Positions 1 through 14,862 of a stretch of 64,000 bases of DNA are shown piece by piece. This DNA comes from Eledone cirrhosa (Eukaryota). A program made the translations under genes and the position numbers. Below the pieces are notes generated by a model, which made no database searches, was not told the origin of the DNA, and saw nothing but the letters and a program-made list of their open reading frames with translations. The DNA is taken from NCBI GenBank assembly GCA_964016885.1, contig OZ024743.1, positions 368,466,001 through 368,530,000 on the forward strand, read 5' to 3'. Position 1 is the stretch's first letter, and every line of letters begins with the position of its first letter.

Positions 1-31
1 ATGTATATATATATATATATGTATGTATATA

Positions 32-195
32 TGTTGATTTAAAACTGCACTATCCACAAGTGTTTTTTAGCCTTCATATCATGTTCTCCTGTTTTATCTG
101 ATGAAAACACAAATATTATTGCATGATGATGTTTATTTTTGAAATGCGTATAATAAAATACATGGAACTCCTTTAACCATCTTTTGATCTTATAT

Positions 196-198
<3 letters not shown>
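32..198 (+). mobile_element. Non-autonomous Penelope-style element fragment (family H1) with hammerhead
   Basis: Near-identical to the arms at 13325-13481 (reverse complement) and 56109-56440; embedded in (TA)n; contains a hammerhead core. Confidence 0.7.
92..158 (+). ncRNA. Minimal type I hammerhead ribozyme (H1)
   Basis: Stem I TTTTAT/ATAAAA, core CTGATGA (98-104), long AT-rich stem II, GAAA (141-144), short stem III TGCGTA, ATA triplet (150-152). Confidence 0.7.
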
Positions 199-246
<48 letters not shown>

Positions 247-248
<2 letters not shown>

Positions 249-588
249 CATCATCATCATCATCATCACCGTTTTACGTCCGTTCTTCCACGCTAGCATG
301 GGTTAGACGGGTTGTCCTGTTGTGGGCAGTGTCTGGTCGGCTGACCATGCCTTGCTCATACAGGAACTGATCTGGCTTGATTTCTACAGCTGGATGCCCT
401 TCCTAACACCAACCTCATTTACAGTGAGTGCTGGGTGCTTTTTCGTGGCGCCTACACGTCCACTTTACAGTGTGGGCTGGGTGCTTTTTTGCCGTGGCAC
501 CTCCACGGCCACCTTGCGGTGGAGGGGGGGGGGCATATTGTTTATATGCTTCAGCATGTACCCATGGGAGGTCGGGTACCCTGTATTA
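247..588 (-). mobile_element. RTE LINE family B, 3' fragment with (GAT)n tail
   Basis: Near-identical to 50462-50803, including the last codons ([11 protein letters not shown]); (ATC)n tail on the + strand. Confidence 0.9.
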
Positions 589-3215
<2,627 letters not shown>

Positions 3216-6200
3216 TCATCATCATCATCATCATCATCAGGTTTAGCGTCCGTGTTCCACGCTTGCATGGGTTTGGACGGGGGTTTTCCCACTTGAGGCA
3301 AGAGTGGTTGTCTTGCTCGCATAGGACTGTCTGGCGGGTTTTCTACAGTTGGATGCCCTTCCTAACACCAACCACATTTACAGTGTGGGGCTGGGAGGTT
3401 TTTACCGTGTTGCCTATACGGCCACATTACAGCGTGGACTGTCTGGCGGGTTTTCTACAGCTGGATGCCCTTCCTAACACCAACCACATTTACAGTGTGG
3501 GGCTGGGAGGTTTTTACCGTGTTGCCTACACGGCCACATTTACAGCGTGGACTGTGTGTTTTTTGTCGTGACACCTACACGATCTCATTTGTTTCGGCCT
3601 GGATGTTGTGGGACCAACATAACTTTACATTGAAAGAGGCGGTGTGGGTGGGGTGGAGGTGGTGGGACGGGGGTGTGTTTTGATAGAGGTGCCTACTGAC
3701 TGTAGTAGGTTTTTACTTTGTATTTAGGTAAGGCGGGTCTTCTCTATTACTGAGTACCGCCAAAGGTCTCGGTCCAGTGACATTGTCTTGGAGAGGTGTA
3801 AGCGTGTGAGGTCGGAATTTATCAGCTCGTCCCATGTTTTTCTGGGTCTGCCTACTCCGTGGCTACCGTCTATCTTTATTGCCCTGCACTTTGTTATACA
3901 GCTATCGTCTTTCATGCGCATCACGTGACCATACCAACGTAGCCTTCTCTCGAGTAAACAACATCTGATCCCTCTTATTTCTAATTTTTTCCTTAGTTCG
4001 TTTATGCTTTGCCGTTCACGTATATTACTATTACACTTCCAGCGGAGCATGCAAGCTTCGTTCCTCTCTAGTCTGCGTATATCCTCTGCACACAATGCCC
4101 AGGTCTCACTGCCATGCAGCATTGCTGTTCGTATGCAGGCATCGTATAACCTGCCTTTCATTTTTAGGGAGAACCCTCTAGCGGCTAATAGTGGTATAAG
4201 CTCTCTGAACTTTTTCCATCCAGTTCTGACTCTAGCTACTGTACTTTCAGAGCACCCTCCCCCACTGCTGATTTTGTCACCCAGATAACGGAAGCTGTCC
4301 ACTATTTCTATAGAACCCTCTGCGCAGTTGAAGGAGCTAGTATTTTGTGGGCACTTGTTGCTACTTATTGCACCAGAGCACCGGCCACATGTATAATCTA
4401 TGTTCTTAGTTAGCTTACCTGTGATCCCACTACATCTTTTATGCACCCATACTTTGTATTTGGGACATAAAATGGAGTTTCTACCTACGCCTTTCCTACA
4501 CACTGAGCATGGCCATTTCCCAGATGGGACCGCCGCCTTATTTTCTTTCCTACAAACTAGAACTTTAGTCTTAGCCAGGTTAATTTTAAGGCCTTTTGAT
4601 TCTAGGCCGTGCTTCCATGTTTGGAATTTCTTCTCTAGTTCGGTCATTGATTCAGCTATGAGCGTTAGATCATCTGCGTATAGGAGTTCCCATGGGCAGC
4701 CGGTCTTGAACTCCTCTGTTATAGCCTGAAGGGCAATAATAAATAGTAGGGGTCTAAGAACAGAGCCCTGATGGACACCAACTTTTACGCTAAATTCTTC
4801 ACTATATTCGTTGTTAATTCTAACCTTACTGACTGTTTCTTTATACATGGCTTGTATAGCTCTCACAAGCCATTCGTCAACACCTAGTTTTCTAAGAGAC
4901 CACCAGATAATGGAACGGGGGACTCTGTCGAAGGCTTTCTCCAAGTCGACGAAAGCTAAGTATAGGGGTTTGCTTTTAGCTAGGTACTTCTCCTGTAGTT
5001 GTCGTACAATGAAAAGAGCGTCTGTGGTACTTTTGCCTGACACAAACCCGAACTGCATTTCATCTAGATCAATTCTCTCTCTGATTAGTTGTGCTATTAC
5101 TTTTTCCGTGGCCTTCATTACCTGGTTGATTAATTTAATGCCTCTATAGTTACTCCTATCTAGGGCATCTCCTTTTCCCTTATAGCAGTTAACGATGATG
5201 CTGCTACGCCATTCCTTCGGAACAACCCCATTCTGTATGACTTGGTTAACTATCCGGGTGACCATGGTGTGTCCCACCGAACCAGATGCCTTCAGCATCT
5301 CAGCAACTATTTCCGAAGGCCCAGCCGCCTTACCCGTCTTCATATCTTTGATTGCCTTACTTATTATACTACCTTCAACTAACACTGCTGGTCCCTCTAT
5401 TGGATCGATCTGGGGGAGACTGTCTTTCTCCCATTTGTTCTCCTCATTTAGAAGCCTTTCGTAGTGACACTTCCAAGCTACCTTCTTATCAGCGTCGGTG
5501 ATGGCAAGTATGCCATCATCGTTAAGTACACACTTCTCCCCGACAATATCACGGTTTTCCTTGACACATTGCCTGGCAATCCTGAACACCTCACGTTTTT
5601 GGTCCTCACGTTGTAGAACATGCTTGAACTTTCTTTCCTCTGCTTCCCTTCTTGCGAAGTACACTTGTCTCCTAGCTTCCCTCCTGGCCACTTGATAGTC
5701 TTCTCTACTTCCCCCATCCCGCCATACTTTCCAAGCCTGCTTTTTGGCCTTAATTGACTCCTCCACCTTACTGTTCCACCACCATGTTACTCTCCTCCTA
5801 CCTACAGGCCTGCTCCAGCCACAGACTTCGTCTGCCGCCGTCAGCAGGTTTGCTCTCAGGAATTCCCACTGTTCCTCTATATTATACGACTCTAATTGCT
5901 CTTCCTTACTGTCGAAAGCGTCAAGTAATATGCTTTGGAATTTACTTCTGGCTATGGGGTCCTTTAGCTTCCATATTTTTCTCCTGAGGATAGTCCTCTT
6001 CCGCTGTCTAGTACGTCTCGTCCTGACTATGAGGTCGCTAATTATCAGTCTATGTTGGGAGGTGAATTCTTCATGGGGGTGGGATTTAGTGTTAACAACA
6101 GACACTCTGTCACGTCTTCTGGTAAGGATGTAATCTACCTGGCTTGTGTGTTCCCCCGATCTATAGGTGATCAAGTGATTGTCTCGTTTTTTGAAGTTAG

Positions 6201-6876
6201 TGTTACAGATAGTTAAGTTATTTGCGTCGCAGAATTCCAGGATTCTGGAGCCTTCCTCATTTCTAGTACCGAACCCATAGCCTCCATGGATTCCATCATA
6301 GCCATCACAATGTTGTCCAACGTGACCATGTAGGTCGCCTGCAATAACTATATAGTCACTGTCGGTTATTTGGGAGGTAGCGAGCATCAGTGTGTCGTAG
6401 AATCTGTCTTTTATAGCGCCGGGCAGTCCGGATTGGGGTGCGTACGCAGATATTACTGTCACCGTAGTTTTATTGAGGACAAGTCTTATTTTAATTATTC
6501 TGTCGTTCACTCTATTTACGTCTATTATCTTATCTGCCCACTTTTCTGCTACCATGATTCCTACCCCACCCAACCCATTGTCATTTCCCACCCAGAAAAG
6601 CTTATAGCATCGTTCTTTACCCACGATGAATCTAGCCGACCCTCCCCTCCACCTGGTCTCTTGAATACAACAAACATCGACCTCCTTACGTTCAAGCATT
6701 TCTACAACCTCGTTAGAGCGACCCTTTAAGGTGCCTACATTCATGGTACCAACTCTGAAGTTTTGGATTGCGTTTGGAGGGTGGGGAGCGGTGGGGGATG
6801 GGGTTATGTTAGCCATCCTGGGCCGAAACAAGGAGGAGTGCTTGCATTCTCGTCCACGAGGTGAATTTGGCTTTAT
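3216..6876 (-). mobile_element. RTE LINE family A (subtype A1), 5'-truncated
   Basis: (GAT)n tail at 3216-3239, 3' UTR with a 112-bp internal duplication, single APE-RT ORF; truncated relative to the 17679-22411 copy. Confidence 0.95.
3724..6831 (-). CDS. RTE ORF (APE endonuclease + RT + PHD-type finger); open but probably defective
   Basis: GTMNV, IQETRW, SAYAPQ, DLEKAFD and YADD motifs present. Compared with sibling copies it has GDLNGH>GDLHGH, QGSVLSP>QGSVLRP and CPKC>CPKY; native 5' end missing. Confidence 0.85.
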   Translation of the reverse strand: MFRPRMANITPSPTAPHPPNAIQNFRVGTMNVGTLKGRSNEVVEMLERKEVDVCCIQETRWRGGSARFIVGKERCYKLFWVGNDNGLGGVGIMVAEKWADKIIDVNRVNDRIIKIRLVLNKTTVTVISAYAPQSGLPGAIKDRFYDTLMLATSQITDSDYIVIAGDLHGHVGQHCDGYDGIHGGYGFGTRNEEGSRILEFCDANNLTICNTNFKKRDNHLITYRSGEHTSQVDYILTRRRDRVSVVNTKSHPHEEFTSQHRLIISDLIVRTRRTRQRKRTILRRKIWKLKDPIARSKFQSILLDAFDSKEEQLESYNIEEQWEFLRANLLTAADEVCGWSRPVGRRRVTWWWNSKVEESIKAKKQAWKVWRDGGSREDYQVARREARRQVYFARREAEERKFKHVLQREDQKREVFRIARQCVKENRDIVGEKCVLNDDGILAITDADKKVAWKCHYERLLNEENKWEKDSLPQIDPIEGPAVLVEGSIISKAIKDMKTGKAAGPSEIVAEMLKASGSVGHTMVTRIVNQVIQNGVVPKEWRSSIIVNCYKGKGDALDRSNYRGIKLINQVMKATEKVIAQLIRERIDLDEMQFGFVSGKSTTDALFIVRQLQEKYLAKSKPLYLAFVDLEKAFDRVPRSIIWWSLRKLGVDEWLVRAIQAMYKETVSKVRINNEYSEEFSVKVGVHQGSVLRPLLFIIALQAITEEFKTGCPWELLYADDLTLIAESMTELEKKFQTWKHGLESKGLKINLAKTKVLVCRKENKAAVPSGKWPCSVCRKGVGRNSILCPKYKVWVHKRCSGITGKLTKNIDYTCGRCSGAISSNKCPQNTSSFNCAEGSIEIVDSFRYLGDKISSGGGCSESTVARVRTGWKKFRELIPLLAARGFSLKMKGRLYDACIRTAMLHGSETWALCAEDIRRLERNEACMLRWKCNSNIRERQSINELRKKLEIRGIRCCLLERRLRWYGHVMRMKDDSCITKCRAIKIDGSHGVGRPRKTWDELINSDLTRLHLSKTMSLDRDLWRYSVIEKTRLT

Positions 6877-7005
6877 GTATATATATATATATATGTATAT
6901 ATATATGTATATGTATATATATATATATGTTATATTATGTATATATATATATATATGTATATATATGTATATATATATGTGTGTATATATATGTATATAT
7001 ATATA

Positions 7006-7036
<31 letters not shown>

Positions 7037-7180
7037 GTATATGTGTGTATATATATGTATATATATATATATATGTATATGTGTGTATATATATGTATAT
7101 ATATATATATATGTATATGTGTGTATATATATGTATATATATATATATATGTATATGTGTGTATATATATGTATATATAT

Positions 7181-10100
7181 ACAATCCATATTTCGTATCA
7201 AGTCCAAATAGCCAATCTATCGCTAAAACAAACTACATTTTCTGTTTCTATTAATTGCTAAATACGTAGGTTTTTGGACGTATTTAACAGAACAAATTTT
7301 GTATTTTTGTTAATCGCTTGTTAAATGCATGGACCCCACTCAATCATTACCTTCTTGCTAGCTACCCAACACCCCTCCCTCCCACCCCCACGCACCACCA
7401 TTGCTATTACGTGGACCAATCATAAAACAGAGCCCCCACGCATCACCAGTATTATTACGCGGACCAATCAGAAACCAGAGGCCTATACTATCGCTTGCCT
7501 GGTTGCCTTTCGATATACGATATATGATGGTTGGATGGACTGCGGAATCCTGGAGAGTGGAGGTGAGAGAGAAAAATCTGGACGCTCAGCGACAATGCCA
7601 AAGATAAAGACAAATTCACCTCTTGGACGAGAATGCGAGCACTCCTCATTGTTTCGACCGCGGACGGCTAACATAACCCCATCGCCCCCCGCCCCTCACC
7701 GCCCCCAACCCCCAAACGCAATCCAAAACCTCAGAGTTGGTACCATAAATGTAGGCACCCTAAAGGGTCGCGCTAACGAGGTTGTAGAAATGCTTGAACG
7801 TAAGGAGGTCGATGTTTGTTGTATTCAAGAGACCAGGTGGAGGGGTGGGTCTGCTAGGTTCATTGAGGGTAAAAAACGATGTTATAAGCTTTTCTGGGTG
7901 GGAAACGACGATGGGCTGGGTGGAGTAGGAATCATGGTAGCAGAAAAGTGGGCAGATAAGATAATAGACGTAAATAGAGTGAACGACAGAATAATTAAAA
8001 TACGACTTGTCCTCAATAGAACTACGGTGACAGTAATATCTGCGTACGCACCCCAATCCGGACTGCCCGACACTATAAAAGACAGATTCTATGAGACACT
8101 GATGCTAACTACCTCCCAAATATCCGACAGTGACTATATAATTATCGCAGGCGACCTAAATGGTCACGTTGGACAACATTGTGATGGCTACGACGAAATC
8201 CATGGAGGCTATGGGTTTGGTACTAGAAATGAGGAAGGCTCCAGAATCCTGGAATTCTGTGATGCAAATAACCTAACTATCTGTAACACTAACTTCAAAA
8301 AACGTGACAATCACCTGATCACCTATAGATCCGGGAACACACAAGCCAGGTAGATTATATCCTTACCAGAAGACGTGACAGAGTGTCTGTTGTAAACACT
8401 AAATCCCTCCCCCATGAAGAATGCACCTCCCAACATAGACTGATAATTAGCGACCTCATAGTCAGGACGAGACGTACTCGACAACAGAAGAGGACTATCC
8501 TCAGGAGGAAAATATGGAAGCTAAAGGACCCCACAGCCAGGAATAAATTTCAAAGCATATTACTTGATGCTTTCGACAGTAAGGAAGAACATTTAGAATC
8601 GGACAATATAGAGGGAGAGTGGGAATTTCTGAAAGCAAACCTGCTGTTGGCGACAGACGAAGTCTGTGGCTGGAGCAGGCCTGTAGGCAGGAGGAGAGTA
8701 ACATGGTGGTGGAACAGTAAGGTGGAGGGGTCAATTAAGGCCAAAAAGCAGGCTTGGAAAGTATGGCGGGATGGGGGAAGTAGAGAGGACTATCAAGTGG
8801 CCAGGAGGGAAGCTAGGAGACAAGTGTACTTAGCAAGAAGGGAAGCTGAGGAAAGAAAGTTCAAGCATGTTCTACAACGCGATGACCAAAAACGTGAGGT
8901 GTTCAGGATTGCTAGGCAATGCGTCAAGGAAAACCGTGATATTGTCGGGGAGAAGTGTGTACTAAACGACGATGGCACACTTGCCATCACCGACGCTGAT
9001 AAGAAGGTAGCTTGGAAGTGTCACTATGAAAGGCTACTAAATGAGGAGAATAATTGGGAGAAAGGCAGTCTCCCCCATATCGACCCAATAGAGGGACCAG
9101 CAGTGTTAGTCGAGGGGAGTATAATAAGTAAGGCAATCAAGGATATGAAGACTGGTAAGGCGGCTGGGCCTTCGGAAATAGTTGCTGAGATGCTGAAGGC
9201 ATCTGGCACGGTGGGACACACCATGGTCACCCGCATAGTTAACCAAGTTGTACAGAATGGGGTTGTTCCGAAGGACTGGCATAGCAGCATCATCGTTAAC
9301 TGTTATAAGGGTAAAGGAGACGCCCTAGATAGGAGTAACTATAGAGGCATTAAATTAATCGACCAGGTCATGAAGGTCACGGAAAAAGTAATAGCGCAAC
9401 TAATCAGAGAGAGAATTGACCTAGATGAAATGCAGTTCGGGTTTGTGTCAGGCAAAAGTACCACAGACGCTCTTTTCATAGTACGACAACTACAGGAGAA
9501 GTACCTAGCTAAAGGTAAACCCCTCTACTTAGCTTTTGTCGACTTGGAGAAAGCCTTCGACAGAGTCCCCCGCTCCATTATCTGGTGGGCTCTTAGAAAA
9601 CTAGGCGTTGACGAATGGCTTGTGAGAGCTATACAAGCCATGTATAAAGAAACAGTCAGCAAGGTTAGAATTAACAACGAATATAGTGAAGAGTTTAGCG
9701 TAAAAGTTGGCGTCCATCAGGGCTCTGTTCTCAGTCCACTACTATTTATTATTGCCCTTCAGGCTATAACAGAGGAGTTCAAGACAGGCTGCCCATGGGA
9801 ACTCCTATACGCAGACGACCTGACACTCATAGCGGAATCAATGGCCGAGCTAGAGAAGAAATTCCAAACATGGAAGCACGGCCTAGAGTCAAAAGGCCTT
9901 AAAATTAACCTGGCTAAGACCAAAGTACTAGTTTGTAGGAAAGAAAACAAGGCGGCGGTCCCTTCTGGGAAATGGTCGTGCTCGGTGTGTAGGAAAGGCG
10001 TAGGTAGAAACTCCATTTTATGTCCTAAATGCAAAGTATGGGTGCATAAAAGATGTAGTGGGATCACAGGTAAGCTAACTAAGAACATAGATTTTTACAT

Positions 10101-11164
10101 GTGGCCGGTGCTCTGGTGCAATAAGTAGCAGCAAGTGCCCACAAACTACTAGCTCTTTCAAATGCGCAGAGGGTTCTATAGAAATAGTGGACAGCTTCCG
10201 TTACCTGGGCGATAAAATCAGCAGTGGGGGAGGGTGCTCTGAAAGTACTGTAGCTAGAGTCAGAACTGGTTGGAAAAAGTTCAGAGAGCTTATACCACTA
10301 TTAGCTGCTAAAGGGTTCTCACTAAAAATGAAAGGCAGGTTGTACGATGCCTGCATACGAACAGCAATGCTGCATGGCAGTGAGACCTGGGCATTGTGTG
10401 CAGAGGATATACGCAGACTAGAGAGGAACGAAGCTTGCATGCTCCGCTGGATGTGTAACAGTAATATACGTGAACGGCAAAGCATAAACGAACTAAGGAA
10501 AAAATTAGAGATAAGAGGGATCAGATGTTGTTTACTCGAGAGAAGGCTACGTTGGTATGGACACGTGATGCGCATGAAAGTCGATAGCTGTATAACAAAG
10601 TGCAGGGCAATAAAGATAGACGGTAGTCACGGAATAGGCAGACCTAGAAAAACCTGGGACGAGCTGATAAACTCCGACATCACACACTTACACCTCTCCA
10701 AGACAATGTCACTGGACCGAGACCTTTGGCGGTACTCAGTAACAGAGAAGACCCGCCTTACCTAAATATATAGTAAAACCTACTCCAGCCAGTAGGCATC
10801 TCTAACAAAATACACCCCGTCCCACCACCCCCACCCCCACCCGATCCACACCACCCCGTTCTATGTAAAGTTATGTTGGTGCCGCGCCATCGAGGCCGAA
10901 ACAAATGAGATCGTGTAGGTGTCACGACAAAAAAACACACAGTCCACGCTGTAATGTGGCCGTGTAGGCAACACGGTAAAAACCTCCCAGACCCACACTG
11001 TAAATGTGGTTGGTGTTAGGAAGGGCATCCAACTGTAGAAAACCTGCCAGACAGTCCTATGCGAGCAAGACAATCACTCTTGCTTCAAGTGGGACTACCC
11101 CCGTCCAAACCCATGCAAGCGTGGAACACGGACGTTAAACGTTGATGATGATGATGATGATGAT
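7181..11164 (+). mobile_element. RTE LINE family A (subtype A2), near full-length, frameshifted
   Basis: 5' UTR matches ~44703-45048; ORF split into three pieces; (GAT)n tail. Confidence 0.95.
7595..10765 (+). pseudogene. RTE APE-RT ORF disrupted by two 1-bp homopolymer indels (~8335, ~10095)
   Basis: ORF pieces ending 8353, 8383-10128 and 10187-10765 are collinear with the intact 45049-48285 ORF; CCGGGAAC vs CCGGGGAAC and GATTTTTAC vs GATTTTAC. Confidence 0.88.
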
Positions 11165-11183
11165 ATATGTATATGTGTGTATA

Positions 11184-11222
<39 letters not shown>

Positions 11223-11442
11223 GTGTGTATATATATGTATATATATATGTATATGTGTGTAAATATATGTATATATATATATATGTATATGTGTGTAAAT
11301 ATATGTATATATATATATATATGTATATGTGTGTAAATATATGTATATATATATATATATGTATATGTGTGTAAATATATATATATATATATATGTATAT
11401 GTGTGTATATATATATATATATGTGTATATATGTATATATAT

Positions 11443-11818
11443 ATTAGAAATTAGAAATTATAAGCTTTCACCGTATTTTAGACTAAAGAAATTTCTAGCC
11501 TGATAGTGGGGTTTATAACCCTCGGAGAAATGGAAAAAAATGAGTGTTGCCGTACATGGGAGTCGAACCCACATCTTTGGGATGTGTTTTGGTGTAATGG
11601 TAGCACAGTGGTCGCGATAACCAAAGATGTGGGTTCGACTCCCATGTACGGCAACACTCATTTTTTTCCATTTCTCCGAGGGTTATAAACCCCACTATCA
11701 GGCTAGAAATTTCTTTAGTCTAAAATACGGTGAAAGCTTATAATTTCTAATTTCTAATTTCAAACTCGCGCACCGTTTCAAAAACATACTTACATTTTTA
11801 CGTTTATAATTTGCTTGT
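11443..11818 (+). mobile_element. Hairpin element: 138-bp inverted arms around a tRNA-like module plus ~60-bp unpaired tail
   Basis: Arms 11443-11580 and 11621-11758 are reverse complements; A box TGGTGTAATGG (11590-11600), B box GGTTCGACTCC (11632-11642), T7 at 11661-11667; flanked by TA tracts. Confidence 0.75.
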
Positions 11819-11819
11819 G

Positions 11820-11850
<31 letters not shown>

Positions 11851-12522
11851 GTATATATATATGTATATATATGTATATATGTATATATATATATATGTAT
11901 ATATATATGTATATATGTATATATGTATATATGTATATATATATATATGTATATATGTATATGTATATATATGTATATATAAATATATATGTATATGTAT
12001 ATATATGTATATATAAATATATATGTATATGTATGTATATATATGTATATATATATATATGTATATATATATATGTATATATATGTATATATATATATGT
12101 TTATATATATATGTATATATATGTATATATATATGTATATATATGTATATATATGTATATATATATGTATATATATGTATATATATGTATATGTATATAT
12201 ATGTATATATATATATGTATATATATATATGTATATATATATATGTATATATATATATATGTATATATATATATGTATATATATATATGTATATATGTAT
12301 ATATATATGTATATATGTATATATGTATGTATATATATGTATATATGTATGTATATATATGTATATATGTATGTATATATATGTATATATTTATATATAT
12401 GTATATATTTATATATATGTATATATGTATGTATATATATGTATATATTTATATATATGTATATATTTATATATTTATATATATGTATATATATATATGT
12501 ATATATATGTATATATATGTAT

Positions 12523-12682
12523 ATGTGGTTGGTGTGAGGAAGGGCATCCAACTGTAGAAAACCCGCCAGACAGTCCTATGCGAGCAAGACAACCACTCTT
12601 GCCTCAAGTGGGAAAACCCCGGTCCAAACCCATGCGAGCGTGGAACACGGACGTTAAACCTGATGATGATGATGATGATGAT
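12523..12682 (+). mobile_element. RTE family A extreme 3' fragment
   Basis: Matches the 3' UTR end of the 44565-48685 copy; (GAT)n tail. Confidence 0.9.
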
Positions 12683-12847
12683 ATATGTATATATATATGT
12701 ATATATGTATATGTATATATGTATATATATATATATATGTATAAATATGTATATATATATATGTATATGTATATATGTATATATATGTATAAATATGTAT
12801 ATGTATATATGTATATATATGTATAAATATGTATATATGTATATATG

Positions 12848-12902
<55 letters not shown>

Positions 12903-12935
12903 GTATATATATGTATATATATATATATATGTATA

Positions 12936-13000
<65 letters not shown>

Positions 13001-13111
13001 GTATATATATATGTATATATATATATGTATATATGTATATATGTATATATGTATATATATATGTATATGTATATATGTATATATATATGTATATATATAT
13101 GTGTATATATG

Positions 13112-13142
<31 letters not shown>

Positions 13143-13205
13143 GTATATATATATATATGTATATATATATGTATATATATATGTATATATATATGTATAT
13201 ATATG

Positions 13206-13236
<31 letters not shown>

Positions 13237-13324
13237 GTATATATATATATATATGTATATATATATGTATATATATATATATGTATGTATATATATATAT
13301 ATGTATGTATATATATATGTATAT

Positions 13325-13506
13325 ATAATATAAGATCAAAAGATGGTTAAAGGAGTTCCATGTATTTTATTATGCGCATTTCAAAAACAAACATCATCAT
13401 GCAATAATATTTGTGTTTTCATCAGATAAAACAGGAGAACATGATATGAAGGCTAAAAAACACTTGTGGATAGTGCAGTTTTGTACTACAATAAAACTCA
13501 CCTCCT
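13325..13506. mobile_element. H1 element: inverted arm with hammerhead (minus strand 13365-13431) fused to the direct 3' tail
   Basis: 13325-13481 is the reverse complement of 38-196; 13482-13506 (TGTACTACAATAAAACTCACCTCCT) is the reverse complement of 56021-56045; GAAA-TGCGCA-TA intact. Confidence 0.75.
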
Positions 13507-13511
13507 ATATG

Positions 13512-13658
<147 letters not shown>

Positions 13659-13663
13659 TTATG

Positions 13664-13695
<32 letters not shown>

Positions 13696-13701
13696 TGTAT
13701 G

Positions 13702-13752
<51 letters not shown>

Positions 13753-13851
13753 CTATATATATGTATATATATATATATATCTATATATATATATGTATAT
13801 ATATATATCTATATATATATATGTATATATATATATGTATATATATATATG

Positions 13852-13938
<87 letters not shown>

Positions 13939-14055
13939 GTATGTATATATATATATATAGATATATATATATATATACATATATATAGATATATATCTAT
14001 ATATATGTATATATATATATATATCTATATATATATATATACATACATATATATC

Positions 14056-14142
<87 letters not shown>

Positions 14143-14259
14143 GTATGTATATATATATATATAGATATATATATATATATACATATATATAGATATATAT
14201 CTATATATATGTATATATATATATATATCTATATATATATATATACATACATATATATC

Positions 14260-14382
<123 letters not shown>

Positions 14383-14430
14383 GTATATATATATGTGTAT
14401 ATATGTATATATATATATATATGTATATAT

Positions 14431-14468
<38 letters not shown>

Positions 14469-14469
14469 G

Positions 14470-14506
<37 letters not shown>

Positions 14507-14527
14507 GTATATATGTATATATATATG

Positions 14528-14586
<59 letters not shown>

Positions 14587-14603
14587 ATATATATATGTAT
14601 ATA

Positions 14604-14636
<33 letters not shown>

Positions 14637-14862
14637 ATATGTATATATATATATGTATATATGTATATATATATATGTATATATGTATATATATATATGT
14701 ATATATGTATATATATATATGTATATATATATATGTATATATATATATGTATATATGTATATATATATATGTATATATGTATATATATATATGTATATAT
14801 ATATATGTATATATGTATATATATATATATATGTATATATGTATATATATGTATATATATAT

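Noticed and set aside
4004-6729. Short antisense ORFs recurring in each RTE copy
   Set aside because: Shadows of the sense RTE ORF; they recur only because the copies are near-identical
11585-11655. Functional tRNA gene
   Set aside because: The 5' acceptor strand does not pair with GTACGGC, the anticodon arm is non-canonical, and it lies inside a palindromic insertion
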